A stretch of DNA of 64,000 bases, from NCBI GenBank assembly GCA_016124745.1, contig WGNC01000013.1:2378-66377 (forward strand), in the 5' to 3' direction. This stretch comes from Thiobacillus sp. (GTDB lineage Bacteria; Pseudomonadota; Gammaproteobacteria; Burkholderiales; Thiobacillaceae). The number at the start of each line of letters is the position of its first letter. Position 1 is the first letter of the stretch. A program made the translations under genes and the position numbers. Below the pieces are notes generated by a model. It had not been told where the DNA came from. It did not search any database and saw nothing but the letters and a program-made list of their open reading frames with translations. Shown in pieces: positions 20,394 through 31,619 of the stretch.

Positions 20394-21746
20394 TCATCCG
20401 CCAATCAGGCGTTGCAAATCGTTGTACAGGGCAAACGACATGAGTAGCAGCAGGAGCGTCATGCCGATCCGGCTGCCAATTTCCATGGTGCGCTCGGACA
20501 CGGGACGACCGGTCAAGACTTCCGCGACATAATACATGAGGTGTCCCCCATCCAGTAGCGGGACAGGCAGCAGATTCAGGACGCCCAGACTCACGCTCAC
20601 CAGTGCCAGAAAGCTGACGAAACTGATCCAGCCGAGCGTGGCGCTCTGACCTGCGTAATCGGCGATGGTCAATGGCCCTGACAGATTCTTCCAGGAGACC
20701 TGGCCCAGCACCATGCGGCCCATCATCTCCAGCGTGAACAGGCTCATGTCCCAGGTCTTTACTGCAGCGCGCCCCAATGCCTCGAACGGACCATAACGCA
20801 CCTCGGTCATCAACGGCGCCAGCACGGACTCGTCGACCTGCGGGCCGGCACCGATCTTGCCAACGCGCTGCCCGGACTCTTCCACCGCGTCGGGAATGAC
20901 ATCCAGTTCCGCACGCTGTCCCTGCCGCTCGTATTCGATACGCAAGGCCTTGGCCGGGTGCTGGCGGATCAACTGCACCCAGTCCTGCCAGTTTGCGACC
21001 GCTTTGCCGTTGGCTGAAATCAGCCGGTCGCCGGGCTGAAATCCGGCGCGTGCGGCAGCACCGTCAGGCAGCACCTTGCCGATGACCGGCGCGATTTCCG
21101 GATCGTAGCGCACGATGCCGAGCGGGCGCAGGGTGTCCTTTTCAAGGTTGTCGGTTTCAATCGACGTCCCGTCGAGCCGCACGCTGCGGCCATCCGCCAG
21201 CCTCAGCTCAAGAACATCGCCAGCCACCCCGGCACGCAACAAACTCAGACGCAAGTCCTGGAAGGAATGGGTATCCGTGCCATTGACACTGCGGATTTCA
21301 TCGCCCGCAACCAGGCCGGCCTTGGCCGCAGGCGTGTCGGCGGGGGGTTCGCCGATCATCGGTTTCAATGCCGGCATCCCGTGAAGGAACAGCGCAAAAT
21401 AGAACACGATGGCGAGCAGGAAGTTGGCGATCGGACCCGCCGCGACGATGCCGATGCGCCGCCATACGGTCGCGCGATTGAAACTGCGATGCGCTTGCGC
21501 TGCCGGGACTTCGCCCTCGCGTTCGTCGAGCATCTTGACGTAGCCGCCGAACGGCAATGCCGCCAGCGACCATTCTGTCTGGTCGCGGCCAAAGCGCCGG
21601 CTGAGCAGGGGCTTGCCGAACCCGACCGAGAACCGCAGCACCTTGACGCCGGCAAGCCGTGCGGCAAGGTAGTGGCCGTATTCGTGCACCACTACCAGGA
21701 TGCCGATGGCGATCAGGAACCAGAGCACGGTATGCAGCACACTCAC
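20394..21746 (-). CDS. rseP: Intramembrane metalloprotease RseP
   Basis: HEYGH, PDZ domains, [11 protein letters not shown]. Confidence 0.96.
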   Translation of the reverse strand: MSVLHTVLWFLIAIGILVVVHEYGHYLAARLAGVKVLRFSVGFGKPLLSRRFGRDQTEWSLAALPFGGYVKMLDEREGEVPAAQAHRSFNRATVWRRIGIVAAGPIANFLLAIVFYFALFLHGMPALKPMIGEPPADTPAAKAGLVAGDEIRSVNGTDTHSFQDLRLSLLRAGVAGDVLELRLADGRSVRLDGTSIETDNLEKDTLRPLGIVRYDPEIAPVIGKVLPDGAAARAGFQPGDRLISANGKAVANWQDWVQLIRQHPAKALRIEYERQGQRAELDVIPDAVEESGQRVGKIGAGPQVDESVLAPLMTEVRYGPFEALGRAAVKTWDMSLFTLEMMGRMVLGQVSWKNLSGPLTIADYAGQSATLGWISFVSFLALVSVSLGVLNLLPVPLLDGGHLMYYVAEVLTGRPVSERTMEIGSRIGMTLLLLLMSFALYNDLQRLIGG

Positions 21747-22942
21747 GCGCGCGCACCTTCCAGATACGCCGTGGCCACGCTACGCGCCTGCCGGTCTGCT
21801 TCCAGCAGGTCCTCCAGCGAACTGGCAGCCCCTCCCGCCAGGGCATCCAGCGTATGGGCGATGCTCGCGGCGATCGCATTGAAGGGGACCTCGCCCTCGA
21901 GAAAGCGGGCGACGGCAACTTCGTTGGCGGCATTCAGCACGGCCGCAGCACTGCCACCTGCGGCGAGCGCATCGAACGCCAGTTGCAGACAGGGAAAGCG
22001 TGCTGTGTCCGGTGCTTCGAAGGTGAGTTGCCGACCCATCAGTTCCAGCGCCGAAACACCGGCATCGATGCGCTCAGGAAAACCCAGCGCAAAGGCGATC
22101 GGCGTGCGCATGTCGGGCGTGCCCATCTGCGCGATCACCGAGCCGTCGGCATACTCGACCATCGAATGCACGATGCTTTGCGGATGCACCACCACCTTGA
22201 TCTGCTCGGGGCGTGCATTGAACAGCCAGCGCGCCTCGATGACCTCGAGTCCCTTGTTCATCAGGCTCGCAGAGTCGACCGAGATCTTCTTGCCCATCAC
22301 CCAGTTGGGGTGCGCCACCGCCTGTGCGGGGGTCGCCGCGGCAATGGCCTCGGCCGACAGCGTGCGGAATGGACCACCCGAGGCCGTCAGCCACAATGCC
22401 CTGACGCCGGCCCGCTTGAAATCGCCGTCGAAGTCGCGCGGCAACGCCTGGAAAATGGCGTTGTGCTCGGAATCGATCGGCAGCAGTTCGGCCCCGCTGG
22501 TGGCAATGGCATCCATGAACAACTGGCCGGAAACCACCAGCGTTTCCTTGTTGGCCAACAGGATGCGCTTGCCGGCCTGCGCCGCCGCCAGCGTGGCAGG
22601 CAGGCCAGCCGCGCCGACGATGGCCGCCATCACGGTATCCACTTCGGGCGCAGTCGCCACGTCGGTCAGTGCGGACTCGCCCTCGAGCACGGTCACCGGC
22701 AGCTTCGCTTCCGCCAGCCGCAGGCGCAGCGCAGCGGCAGCTGCCGGCTCATTCATCACCGCGATGCGCGGCCGATGGGTGCGGCACTGTTCGACCATGC
22801 GCTCGACTTGCGTCGCACCGGTGAGAGCAAAAATTTCGAACCGTCCGGGATGGCGTGCCACGACGTCGAGCGTGTTGACGCCGATGGTGCCGGTGGCACC
22901 CAGTACGGTGAGCACGCGCGGTTTCATGCCGCTTGGTTTCAT
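21743..22942 (-). CDS. dxr: 1-deoxy-D-xylulose-5-phosphate reductoisomerase
   Basis: [34 protein letters not shown]; ATGA overlap with the cdsA stop. Confidence 0.97.
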   Translation of the reverse strand: MKPSGMKPRVLTVLGATGTIGVNTLDVVARHPGRFEIFALTGATQVERMVEQCRTHRPRIAVMNEPAAAAALRLRLAEAKLPVTVLEGESALTDVATAPEVDTVMAAIVGAAGLPATLAAAQAGKRILLANKETLVVSGQLFMDAIATSGAELLPIDSEHNAIFQALPRDFDGDFKRAGVRALWLTASGGPFRTLSAEAIAAATPAQAVAHPNWVMGKKISVDSASLMNKGLEVIEARWLFNARPEQIKVVVHPQSIVHSMVEYADGSVIAQMGTPDMRTPIAFALGFPERIDAGVSALELMGRQLTFEAPDTARFPCLQLAFDALAAGGSAAAVLNAANEVAVARFLEGEVPFNAIAASIAHTLDALAGGAASSLEDLLEADRQARSVATAYLEGARA

Positions 22943-23745
22943 GCGGATCGCTCCAGCCACATCAACATCCCTGTGGCAATCGGCAGGGTGGAGGTCAGGG
23001 CGTCGATGCGGTCGAGCACACCGCCATGGCCTGGAAGCAGGTCGCCGCTGTCCTTCTTGCCGGAGACGCGCTTGATCCAGGACTCGAACAGATCACCTAG
23101 AATCGACACATACAGCAGTCCGGACAGCACTAGAAGCAGCGACAGCAGCGGCATGTCGGACAGCGAACTCAAGGCGCCGGCATACAGAGCGAGTGCGGCG
23201 AATGCGCCGCCCACGCCTTCCCAGGTCTTGCCCGGGCTGATGGCAGGGGCCAGCTTGTGGCGCCCGAACCTGCGTCCGGCAAAATAGGCCGCCGTATCGG
23301 CAATCCAGGCGACTGCCATCACGCCGATCAGCATGGCGGCACTGTGGGCGTGGAGATAGAGCAACGCTGCCCAGGTCGGCAGCAGCAGCACGACGCCGAC
23401 CGCGGCGCGCACAAAGGTCTGGGGGGCGTGCCATTGTTGCAGCAACCATAGCGGCGCGACGATGAGCCAGAAACCCACCGCCAGCGCGATCAGCGCGATC
23501 TGGAAAGCCGGCCAGTCCCTATCCAGTGCGTACGGCAAACCCATCGCACAAAGCATCAGCAGCACGGCGTAAATACGCGCCGACAGGGGGGGGAACCGGC
23601 TCAGGCGCGCCCATTCGTATGCGGCCACGCCGACCACGCCGGCCATCAGGATCGCCCATAACCAGGCAGGCGCCCATAGTATGGCCGGCACGAACACCGC
23701 CAGCAGCAGGATGGCCGTCAGCACCCGGCTGAGGACAGGTGTCAT
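22939..23745 (-). CDS. cdsA: Phosphatidate cytidylyltransferase
   Basis: [33 protein letters not shown]; start MTPVLSR at 23745. Confidence 0.95.
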   Translation of the reverse strand: MTPVLSRVLTAILLLAVFVPAILWAPAWLWAILMAGVVGVAAYEWARLSRFPPLSARIYAVLLMLCAMGLPYALDRDWPAFQIALIALAVGFWLIVAPLWLLQQWHAPQTFVRAAVGVVLLLPTWAALLYLHAHSAAMLIGVMAVAWIADTAAYFAGRRFGRHKLAPAISPGKTWEGVGGAFAALALYAGALSSLSDMPLLSLLLVLSGLLYVSILGDLFESWIKRVSGKKDSGDLLPGHGGVLDRIDALTSTLPIATGMLMWLERSA

Positions 23746-23767
23746 GGAAGCAGCGCCCGGGCGCGTC

Positions 23768-24529
23768 TCATGATGCGGCACGCACCTGTTCGCTGGTCCG
23801 GCCAAAACGGCGCTCGCGGGTACGGTAGGAGGCGATGGCGGCATCCAGCGCGTCTGCGTCAAAATCAGGCCACAGGGAGTCCGTGAAATACAGCTCGGTA
23901 TAGGCCAGCTGCCATAGCAGGAAATTGCTGATACGCTGCTCGCCACCCGTGCGGATGAACAGGTCCGGCTCGGGCATGTCGGCCATGCTGAAATGCTGCG
24001 CCAGAGCGGTTTCGCTGATTTCTTCCGGTGTCACGCCTTCCGCCATCAGTTTCTTGACCGCCTGCACGATGTCCCAGCGTCCACCGTAATTGGCGGCCAC
24101 GGTGAAAGTGAGGCGGGTGTTGTTTCGCGTCAGCATCTCGGCATCGCGGATCAAGGCCTGAATGCGTTCGGAAAAACCCGACAGGTCACCGATGACGCGA
24201 AAGCGGATGTCGTTCTCGTGCAGCCGGGCGACCTCGTTCTCCAGCGCACGCAGGAACAGTTCCATCAGTAGCGTGACTTCGTCCTGCGGACGCCGCCAGT
24301 TTTCGGAACTGAAGGCAAACACGGTGAGATGCGTCACGCCCCGCTCGCCACAGGCACGGATAACGCCTCGAAGCGCCTCGACGCCCTTGCGGTGACCGGC
24401 TACGCGTGGCATCAACCGACGCTTCGCCCAGCGCCCATTGCCGTCCATGATGATGGCGATGTGACGCGGCACATCATGGGTTTCACGAATCGCTTGCTTG
24501 TTGCGGGTAGACACGCGGAATAGGCTCAC
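23768..24529 (-). CDS. uppS: Undecaprenyl diphosphate synthase
   Basis: [37 protein letters not shown]. Confidence 0.97.
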   Translation of the reverse strand: MSLFRVSTRNKQAIRETHDVPRHIAIIMDGNGRWAKRRLMPRVAGHRKGVEALRGVIRACGERGVTHLTVFAFSSENWRRPQDEVTLLMELFLRALENEVARLHENDIRFRVIGDLSGFSERIQALIRDAEMLTRNNTRLTFTVAANYGGRWDIVQAVKKLMAEGVTPEEISETALAQHFSMADMPEPDLFIRTGGEQRISNFLLWQLAYTELYFTDSLWPDFDADALDAAIASYRTRERRFGRTSEQVRAAS

Positions 24530-24538
24530 CAGACATGC

Positions 24539-25108
24539 TCAGACGGCGAGCAGGTCTTTCTCCTTGTCGGCCAGCATCTTGTCGATTTCGCCGATATATT
24601 TATCGGTCAGCTTCTGTACGTCGTCCTGGGTGCGGCGCTCTTCGTCTTCGGTCGCGGTCTTGGACTTGACCATGTCCTTCACAGCGGCGTTGGCGTCGCG
24701 TCGAATATTGCGCATCGCCACGCGTGCGGTTTCCGCCTCGCTGCGCACCACTTTAATCAGGTCCTTGCGACGCTCCTCGGTCAGCGCGGGCATCGGCACG
24801 CGGATGATGTCGCCGTGCGTGGCCGGATTGAGGCCGAGGTCGCCATCGCGAATCGCCTTCTCGATCTTGCCGACCATATTTTTTTCGTATGGCTGAACAC
24901 CCAGTGTGCGCGAATCGACCAGCGAGACGTTGGCGACCTGCGGCACCGGCGTTGGGTTGCCGTAGTAATCGACCATCACGTGATCGAGGATGCCGGCGTG
25001 CGCACGCCCGGTGCGCACCTTGGCAAGATCGTTCTTCAACGCCTCCAGCGACTTGCCCATTTTCTGTTCGGCGGATTGCTTGATGTCGGCAATGCTTGTG
25101 TCAGCCAT
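24539..25108 (-). CDS. frr: Ribosome recycling factor
   Basis: [21 protein letters not shown]. Confidence 0.97.
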   Translation of the reverse strand: MADTSIADIKQSAEQKMGKSLEALKNDLAKVRTGRAHAGILDHVMVDYYGNPTPVPQVANVSLVDSRTLGVQPYEKNMVGKIEKAIRDGDLGLNPATHGDIIRVPMPALTEERRKDLIKVVRSEAETARVAMRNIRRDANAAVKDMVKSKTATEDEERRTQDDVQKLTDKYIGEIDKMLADKEKDLLAV

Positions 25109-25117
25109 TTCAACTCC

Positions 25118-25831
25118 TCAACTTAAGGTCACCCGCGTGCCTTCGTCTTCGCCCATGACCACCCGCTTCAACGCGCCGGGCTTGAAGACATTGAACACGA
25201 CCAGGGTCAGTTTCTGTTCGCGGCACAGGGCGAACGCAGCAGTATCGAGCACCCCCAGGTTTTTTGCGATCGCCTCGTCAAACGTCAGCGACTGGTAGCG
25301 CGAGGCCTTTGCATCCTTCTTGGGGTCCGCGGTATACACACCATCGACCTTGGTTGCCTTCAGCAGCAGGTCGGCACCGATCTCGGCCGCACGCAGGGCC
25401 GCTGCTGTGTCCGTGGTGAAGAACGGGTTACCCGTGCCCCCACCAAAAATCACCACCCGCCCTGCTTTCATATGGCGTATTGCCGCATCGCGATCGAAAT
25501 CATCGCCGACATGGGCAATGCTGACAGCCGTCTGCACCCGGGCGTCGATACCCGCCTGTTGCAGCGCATCCTTCAGTGCGAGCGCGTTCATCACCGTGGC
25601 CAGCATGCCCATCGAGTCAGCAGTCGCACGATTCATTCCGGACAGGGCGCCGGTGGCACCGCGGAACAGGTTGCCCCCGCCGACAACGATGCCGACCTGC
25701 ACGCCTGCCGCTGCCACTTCGCGGATCTGACCAACGAAGCCGGCCATGGTTTCAGCGTGATAGCCGAAACCGTCCGGCCCCATCAGGGCCTCGCCGGACA
25801 GTTTCAGGAGGATGCGTCGAGCAGCCGCCAT
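25118..25831 (-). CDS. pyrH: Uridylate kinase
   Basis: [31 protein letters not shown]. Confidence 0.97.
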   Translation of the reverse strand: MAAARRILLKLSGEALMGPDGFGYHAETMAGFVGQIREVAAAGVQVGIVVGGGNLFRGATGALSGMNRATADSMGMLATVMNALALKDALQQAGIDARVQTAVSIAHVGDDFDRDAAIRHMKAGRVVIFGGGTGNPFFTTDTAAALRAAEIGADLLLKATKVDGVYTADPKKDAKASRYQSLTFDEAIAKNLGVLDTAAFALCREQKLTLVVFNVFKPGALKRVVMGEDEGTRVTLS

Positions 25832-25837
25832 AACGGA

Positions 25838-26710
25838 TCAAACCTGGGAAGCAGCGGCCACTTCGGCGGCAAAATCGGACACCTTCTTCTCGATGCCCTC
25901 GCCCACCACATACATCAGGAAACCGTGGCACTGCGATGCCTTCGACTTCAGCACCTGCTCGACGGTCTGCTTGTCGTCCTTGACGAAGGGCTGCGACAGC
26001 AGGGTGACTTCCTTGAGGAATTTCTGCACCGTGCCTTCGGCGATCTTTTCCAGCATGGCTTCCGGCTTGCCCGCTTCCTTGGCTTTTTCGATCGCCACAC
26101 GCCGCTCGGTATCGATCAGGTCCTGCGAGACGCCGGACGCATCCAGCGATTTTGGCTTGGAGGCCGCAATATGCATGGCGATGTCGCGCGCGAGCGCTTC
26201 GTCACCCGTCACATCGACCAGCACGCCGATCTTGCCGCCGTGAATGTAGCTGGCGAACTCGCCCTTCCCGTCCATGCGGACGAAACGGCGCACCGACATG
26301 TTCTCGCCGATCTTGCCGACCAGTTCGGTGCGGAACGCCTCAACTGTAGTGCCCCTGTAGGGCAGCGCGGACAGCGCAGCCACGTCGGCCGGATTCTGTT
26401 CCAGCACCATCTCGGCCAGCGCGTTCGACAGCGCCAGGAAATCATCGTTCTTTGCCACGAAGTCGGTTTCGCAGTTGACTTCCACCATGGCGGCCGACTT
26501 GCCGTCGGCACTGATGGCAATCGTCACCACACCTTCAGCGGCGACGCGGCCGGCGCTCTTGGCGGCCTTGTTGCCGAAGCGCACACGCAGGATTTCCTCC
26601 GCCTTTTGCATGTCGCCGCCGGCCTCCGACAGTGCCTTCTTGCAGTCCATCATCGGCGCGTCGGTTTTTTCGCGCAGTTCCTTGACCATGCTCGCAGTGA
26701 TTTCTGCCAT
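25838..26710 (-). CDS. tsf: Elongation factor Ts
   Basis: [32 protein letters not shown]. Confidence 0.97.
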   Translation of the reverse strand: MAEITASMVKELREKTDAPMMDCKKALSEAGGDMQKAEEILRVRFGNKAAKSAGRVAAEGVVTIAISADGKSAAMVEVNCETDFVAKNDDFLALSNALAEMVLEQNPADVAALSALPYRGTTVEAFRTELVGKIGENMSVRRFVRMDGKGEFASYIHGGKIGVLVDVTGDEALARDIAMHIAASKPKSLDASGVSQDLIDTERRVAIEKAKEAGKPEAMLEKIAEGTVQKFLKEVTLLSQPFVKDDKQTVEQVLKSKASQCHGFLMYVVGEGIEKKVSDFAAEVAAASQV

Positions 26711-26759
26711 TTCGTACTCCTTCAGTTCAATTTCAGACCAGCCAGTTTCAATACGGAAA

Positions 26760-26827
26760 GAGGGGCCGACGCCCCTCCTCAAAACACGCCCGCCGGGAGG
26801 GTCTCCCGGCGATGTGACGGCACATCG
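26760..26827 (-). terminator. Three tandem hairpins in the rpsB-tsf spacer; the last one in transcription order is terminator-like
   Basis: Stems 26810-26827, 26792-26810, 26760-26777; the last is followed by tttcc on the minus strand. Confidence 0.5.
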
Positions 26828-26829
26828 CG

Positions 26830-27573
26830 TCATTCAGCGGCGACGTCGCCCTCTTCTTCCACCTCGACAAACTCTTCGCCACCGACGATGTCGCTGATGA
26901 CCTGGGCACGACCTTCCAGGGCCGCATCGGCCATGCCACGCGCATACAAGCGGATCGCACGGGCCGAGTCGTCGTTGCCGGGAATCACGTAATCCACGCC
27001 TTCCGGGCTGTTGTTGGTGTCGACCACGCCAATGACCGGAATACCGAGTTTCTTGGCTTCGGTGACGGTGCCCTTCTGGTAGCCAACGTCGATAATGAAG
27101 ATCGCGTCGGGCAGGCTGCTCATCTCGCGGATGCCGCCCAGGCTGCGATTGAGCTTGTCGACTTCGCGTTGAACGGTCAGGATTTCCTTTTTCGATAGGC
27201 GACCCGGCTCGGCCAGCGAGGCTTCCAGATCGTTCAGACGTTTGATCGATTGCTTGACCGTCTTGAAGTTGGTCAGCATGCCGCCCAGCCAGCGCTGGTC
27301 GACGTAAGGCATGCCGGCACGCTGGGCTTCCTCGCGCACGATGTCACGAGCGGCGCGCTTGGTGCCGACGAACAGCACGTTGCCCTTGTTTGCAGCGAGC
27401 TGGCGAACGAATTTTTGCGCGTCCTGGAACAACGGCAGCGACTTTTCCAGGTTGACGATATGAATCTTGTTGCGATGACCGAAAATGAACGGGGCCATCT
27501 TGGGGTTCCAGAAGCGGGTCTGGTGGCCGAAGTGGACACCGGCTTCCAGCATTTGACGCATGGTGACAGACAT
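26830..27573 (-). CDS. rpsB: 30S ribosomal protein S2
   Basis: [34 protein letters not shown]. Confidence 0.98.
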   Translation of the reverse strand: MSVTMRQMLEAGVHFGHQTRFWNPKMAPFIFGHRNKIHIVNLEKSLPLFQDAQKFVRQLAANKGNVLFVGTKRAARDIVREEAQRAGMPYVDQRWLGGMLTNFKTVKQSIKRLNDLEASLAEPGRLSKKEILTVQREVDKLNRSLGGIREMSSLPDAIFIIDVGYQKGTVTEAKKLGIPVIGVVDTNNSPEGVDYVIPGNDDSARAIRLYARGMADAALEGRAQVISDIVGGEEFVEVEEEGDVAAE

Positions 27574-27587
27574 GTATTACTCCTAAA

Positions 27588-27665
27588 GGGTTGAGCCTCC
27601 ACCCGCCAGCAGCCGCGCACGTGCTTGTCTGCGTGCGCCGCCACCCTTTAATGACAGGTGTGCGA
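27588..27665 (-). ncRNA. rpsB 5' leader (S2 autoregulatory / t44-like element)
   Basis: Minus strand shows CACAC...GGGT...GTGGAGGCTCAACCC before the RBS; TAGAAT -10 at 27696-27701 with a GC-rich discriminator. Confidence 0.65.
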
Positions 27666-27737
27666 ATTTGTCCGAACCATTTCGGACAGCCCGCGATTCT
27701 AATTCGAACGGGCCTTCTTTTCAAGGGAAAGCGACGC

Positions 27738-29069
27738 TCAGCCCGCCTTGCCCACCTGCTGCAGCGGAATCTCCAGCCAGGCCGCCAGGCCGCCGCCCTC
27801 ACGCGCCTGCAGCCATGCCTGCCAACCCTGTGCCATCGCCAACTGACGCACGATGGCCAAGCCGAGCCCGGAGCCGCCCGTGTTGACACTGCGCGAGGCC
27901 TCCAGCCGGTAGAACGGCCGGTATACCGTTTCCAGCTCGTCTGGCGGAATCCCCGGACCGCGGTCGAGCACTCCGACTCTGCAGCGGCCGTCCCGGACCT
28001 CAGCCCGCAGGCTCACCGGCTGGTCCCCGCCATAGCGCAGCGCGTTTTCCAGCAGGTTGGCGAGGATGCGGCGCAGCGCACCCGGCGGCACGTCCAGCGT
28101 CACGTCGGCGATCTCGACCCGCACCCTATCCGAGGCTCCAGGAATGGACTGCACCAGCTTTGCACAAAAATCGGACAGCACCACGCGCTGCACGGCCTCA
28201 TGGCCGAGGCCACGCGCCAGCGTCAGCACGTCGCCAATCAGGCGATCCATCGCCTCGATATCGCCCTCCACCTGTGCCGCCAGTTGCGGGCTGGGCTTGC
28301 GTACCAGCATTTCCACCGCCAGCCGCAATCGCGCCAACGGCGTGCGCAAGTCGTGCGACACCCCCGCGAGGAGGACCGTGCGGGCAGCCAGCAACTCCTC
28401 GACCTGCTTCGTCATCTCGTTGAAGCGCCGGCTCAGGGCCGCGATTTCGCGTGGACCGGTTTCAGGCAGGCATTCCGGCGTTTGCCCGCGCCCCAACGAG
28501 GTCACGGCCTGTTCCAGCCGCTGCAGCGGACGGGTGGTGCGGCGTGCCAGCCACCAGGCCGCAGCCAGGGAAAGCAGCATACCGCCCGCCAACGAGACCA
28601 GCAGCGCATGGAGCGGACGCGGACCGATCCGTTCATGCGGCAAGCCTACCGAAAGACGTCCCCCCCCGGCTGGCAACGACACCCAAAACCATTCCTCGTC
28701 GCCGACAGGTTCGAGCGAACTGGCAACCGGCTCCCCCACACGCTCATTCAGCGCCGCCACCAGAAATTTCAGGAAGGGCTCACGCCAGGTGGGCGCTACG
28801 GCGTTCCGGGGCGGCTCGGCCCGCAACGCCAGGGCGTGTGAGCGCACCAGTTCGTACTCGAACGCGGGACGGGTGACAGGGGGCAGTTCGTTCCAGGTCT
28901 GCACGGACAGCGTCATCAGCCCGGAAAGATCGGTCGCCGAGCGGCGCGCCATTGGCAGCATGAGGAAATAGGCGGTGACGACGGTCGTCAGCAGTTCGAA
29001 GGCGATGAAAAAGATCACCAGCAGCAGGGCGTTCTGCTGGGTCAGGCTCAGGCGGGAAGACAGCCTCAC
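27738..29069 (-). CDS. Sensor histidine kinase (EnvZ-like, HAMP-HisKA-HATPase)
   Basis: Two TM helices, H-box SHDLRTPL, N-box NLLENALRY, DRGPGIP, GSGLGL. Confidence 0.93.
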   Translation of the reverse strand: MRLSSRLSLTQQNALLLVIFFIAFELLTTVVTAYFLMLPMARRSATDLSGLMTLSVQTWNELPPVTRPAFEYELVRSHALALRAEPPRNAVAPTWREPFLKFLVAALNERVGEPVASSLEPVGDEEWFWVSLPAGGGRLSVGLPHERIGPRPLHALLVSLAGGMLLSLAAAWWLARRTTRPLQRLEQAVTSLGRGQTPECLPETGPREIAALSRRFNEMTKQVEELLAARTVLLAGVSHDLRTPLARLRLAVEMLVRKPSPQLAAQVEGDIEAMDRLIGDVLTLARGLGHEAVQRVVLSDFCAKLVQSIPGASDRVRVEIADVTLDVPPGALRRILANLLENALRYGGDQPVSLRAEVRDGRCRVGVLDRGPGIPPDELETVYRPFYRLEASRSVNTGGSGLGLAIVRQLAMAQGWQAWLQAREGGGLAAWLEIPLQQVGKAG

Positions 29070-29779
29070 GCCTCGCCGCCACGCGGATTGAATAGATAGC
29101 CCTCGCCCCGCACGGTGCGGATATAAACGGGTTCGCCCGGGTTGGGTTCGATTTTGCGCCGCAGCCGGGTGACCCGGGTGTCGACGCTGCGGTCGTACGG
29201 ATCCCGCTCGTAGCCTTTCAACATGTCGATCAGCGTGTCCCGCGACATCACCCTGAGCGGGTGCTCGAAAAAGATGCGCAACAGGGCGAATTCGGCAGTC
29301 GACAGTTTTACCTCGACCCCGTCCCGGGTCAGCCGATGGCTGCCGACATCCAGTTGGTAAGGGCCGAACGCAGAAACAGGAGGCGAATCCGCAGGCAGTG
29401 TCTGGGCCTGGCTGCGCCGCAACAGTGCCCGCAAGCGCGCCAGCAATTCGCGCGGGCTGAAGGGTTTGGCCAGATAGTCATCGGCCCCCATTTCCAGCCC
29501 GACCACGCGGTCGACTTCTTCGCCCCGTGCCGACAGCATGAGGATGGGCACATTCGACTGGCTGCGCAGCCTGCGCGCCAGGGACAGTCCGTCTTCCCCG
29601 GGCATCATCAGGTCGAGCACGATGGCATCCGGCATTCCCTGCTCGAGGGTTTGCCACATGGTCGTTCCATCCATTGCCGTATCCACGGCAAAGCCGCTGT
29701 CCCCCAGGTAGGCCTGCAGCAATGTCCGCATTCCGGGATCATCGTCCACCACCAGTATGCGTGCCGATTGGCCATCCAT
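29066..29779 (-). CDS. OmpR-family response regulator
   Basis: ILVVDDD, LDLMMPG, GADDYLAKPF, winged-helix DRSVDTRVTRLRRKIE, TVRGEGY. Confidence 0.94.
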   Translation of the reverse strand: MDGQSARILVVDDDPGMRTLLQAYLGDSGFAVDTAMDGTTMWQTLEQGMPDAIVLDLMMPGEDGLSLARRLRSQSNVPILMLSARGEEVDRVVGLEMGADDYLAKPFSPRELLARLRALLRRSQAQTLPADSPPVSAFGPYQLDVGSHRLTRDGVEVKLSTAEFALLRIFFEHPLRVMSRDTLIDMLKGYERDPYDRSVDTRVTRLRRKIEPNPGEPVYIRTVRGEGYLFNPRGGEA

Positions 29780-29966
29780 CAGGCACACCCCCGATGCTTC
29801 GATGCGGCCCTTCTACAGTCTTCCGGTTTGTATGCTTGCATCGATTAATGATTGCAGAGAATGGAAGATGAGTACATACAAGCCGGCCGACGGAGCCAGC
29901 CTGATGGATTGGTCGCGTTGCAATACCGGGTCATCCTACCGTACTTGCGTACCCATCCAGTAAGCA

Positions 29967-30012
29967 GACACACACTGACACACAGTGACACGCGACGCCA
30001 CCCGGCAGACAC
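29967..30012 (+). promoter_or_regulatory. Helically phased GACAC direct repeats, candidate response-regulator operator
   Basis: GACAC at 29967, 29977, 29987 and 30008 (spacings 10, 10, 21) in the divergent intergenic region. Confidence 0.5.
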
Positions 30013-30158
30013 ACCCCTGCCATGGCACACGCAGATAATCCACCCGGCACGGTCAGTTAAGCAGAAAGATATTGTGCAAACAGCCTCATTTTCCTGCTTT
30101 CCCTTCATTCCAGGAAAACCCCGGGTGCAATCAACAACTTAAATCAAGGAGCAACACA

Positions 30159-30785
30159 ATGTTCACGAAAAAAGTATCCCGACGCGAAATGCTTGGCATG
30201 ACCGGTGCGTTGGCCGCCGCTTCCATGCTGCCTGCAGGCGAAGCCATGGCGGCCAGACGCGGCGGAAGCGGTGGCGCGACGCAACTGACGGCTGCGGAAA
30301 AAAACGACCTGGCCTTCATGCGGGAAGAGGAAAAGCTGGCCCGCGATGTCTACCTGACCCTGTATGACATTTGGGGAACACCGGTATTCGCCAATATTGC
30401 CTCTTCCGAACAGCAGCATATGGACGCCATTCTTAATTTGCTGAACACCTACAACCTGCCCGATCCCGCCGCTGGCAATCTGGTCGGCGAGTTCGTCAAT
30501 GCGGAACTGCAGGCGCTTTACGACGCCCTGATCGCGCGCGGCAAGCAGTCAGCCCTGGAAGCCCTACAGGTTGGTGGCGTGATCGAGGAGACCGATGTCG
30601 AGGACCTCGTCGCTGCCATGGCCACCTCGCGTTTGAGCAACATCGACAAGGTGTATCAGAATCTTCTGAATGGCTCCTATAATCATCTGCGCGCCTTCGC
30701 CAAAAACATTCAGTCGCTGACTGGACAACCCTATGTGGCCCAGGTGGTCTCGCAGGACATCGTCGACAGCATACTCGACAGCTAG
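30159..30785 (+). CDS. Tat-exported DUF2202 ferritin-like protein
   Basis: AAGGAG RBS; SRREML twin-arginine signal; MREEEKLARDVY, SEQQH, IEETD, GSYNH. Confidence 0.85.
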   Translation: MFTKKVSRREMLGMTGALAAASMLPAGEAMAARRGGSGGATQLTAAEKNDLAFMREEEKLARDVYLTLYDIWGTPVFANIASSEQQHMDAILNLLNTYNLPDPAAGNLVGEFVNAELQALYDALIARGKQSALEALQVGGVIEETDVEDLVAAMATSRLSNIDKVYQNLLNGSYNHLRAFAKNIQSLTGQPYVAQVVSQDIVDSILDS

Positions 30786-30852
30786 GCAGCATGGTTATCC
30801 AGCGCCCGCCTCGTGCGACCTTGCAATCCAAGCCCGAATCCCGGACAGACTC

Positions 30853-31302
30853 ATGCTGCGCCTTCGACTGATTCTGTTGCCGTCCGCCCTGGCTCTGGTG
30901 TTACCAGGCTGGGCCGATGCAAACCAGAAAACGGCGCCCGTTTCACAAGCCCGCCCGCTCAATCTGTCGCTTCCCCACGACGTGCTGGCGCACTCTTACG
31001 GCAATAGCCCAGTCGATGAGACGGTGCAGCGCAACCTCAGTGCACCTGCTCCGACCGGCCAGGCTCTGGGTTCCCCATCCCGCCCACCCGCCCTGCCTTA
31101 TGGTGCCGGCTACGAGCATCGGCACCAGGAGATGTGGGGGCCGAGCAGTGCGGGTGCGGGTGCGGGTGCGGGTGCGGGTGCGGGTGCGGGTGCGGGTTTT
31201 GGTGCTGGCTCTGGCTTGGATGTTAGCCCTGGAGCGGGCTCCGGGCCCGGAGCAGGATCAGGTACCGGAGCCGGCAGCCGCGCAGGGCGCGGAAAGCGCT
31301 GA
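30853..31302 (+). CDS. Hypothetical exported protein with Gly/Ala-rich tail
   Basis: Signal peptide ending GWADA; RPLNLSLP and PYGAGYEHR motifs; (AG)8 tract. Confidence 0.6.
   Translation: MLRLRLILLPSALALVLPGWADANQKTAPVSQARPLNLSLPHDVLAHSYGNSPVDETVQRNLSAPAPTGQALGSPSRPPALPYGAGYEHRHQEMWGPSSAGAGAGAGAGAGAGAGFGAGSGLDVSPGAGSGPGAGSGTGAGSRAGRGKR
31150..31197 (+). repeat. (GCGGGT)8 hexanucleotide tandem repeat
   Basis: Eight perfect copies, counted directly. Confidence 0.95.
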
Positions 31303-31619
31303 AGGGGCACATGCCGCGGCACACTGCAGCAAGAGCCACGTAACATCTTCCCCTGATCTTGCAGGTCCAATGCCAGGAGCAGCGACGGCAACACGGGCCG
31401 TCTTGACACCCCATCAGCGCACCCGGTCGCGCGAAAGGACTCATTCTGGAATGCGTCAGCAATTTTCACCTCGCGCGCCGACGCGCAGGATCAATTCACC
31501 GTTTTTCGACCAGTAAGCGGATGCGGGCGGGATACCTTCGAGCACCCTCCTGTCCGTCAGCGTTATTCCTGCAGGCATCGGCACGATAGAATGCCACTTT
31601 ATTCCAGACTATCCGTTCC

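Noticed and set aside
29845-30142. 87-aa and 96-aa ORFs in the regulator-DUF2202 spacer
   Set aside because: No RBS or recognisable motif, low-complexity translation of the GACAC repeats; more likely promoter DNA.
31150-31197. Tandem repeats (also 2703-2853 and 48104-48165) as a possible CRISPR array
   Set aside because: No unique spacers; all are in-frame coding repeats; no cas genes.
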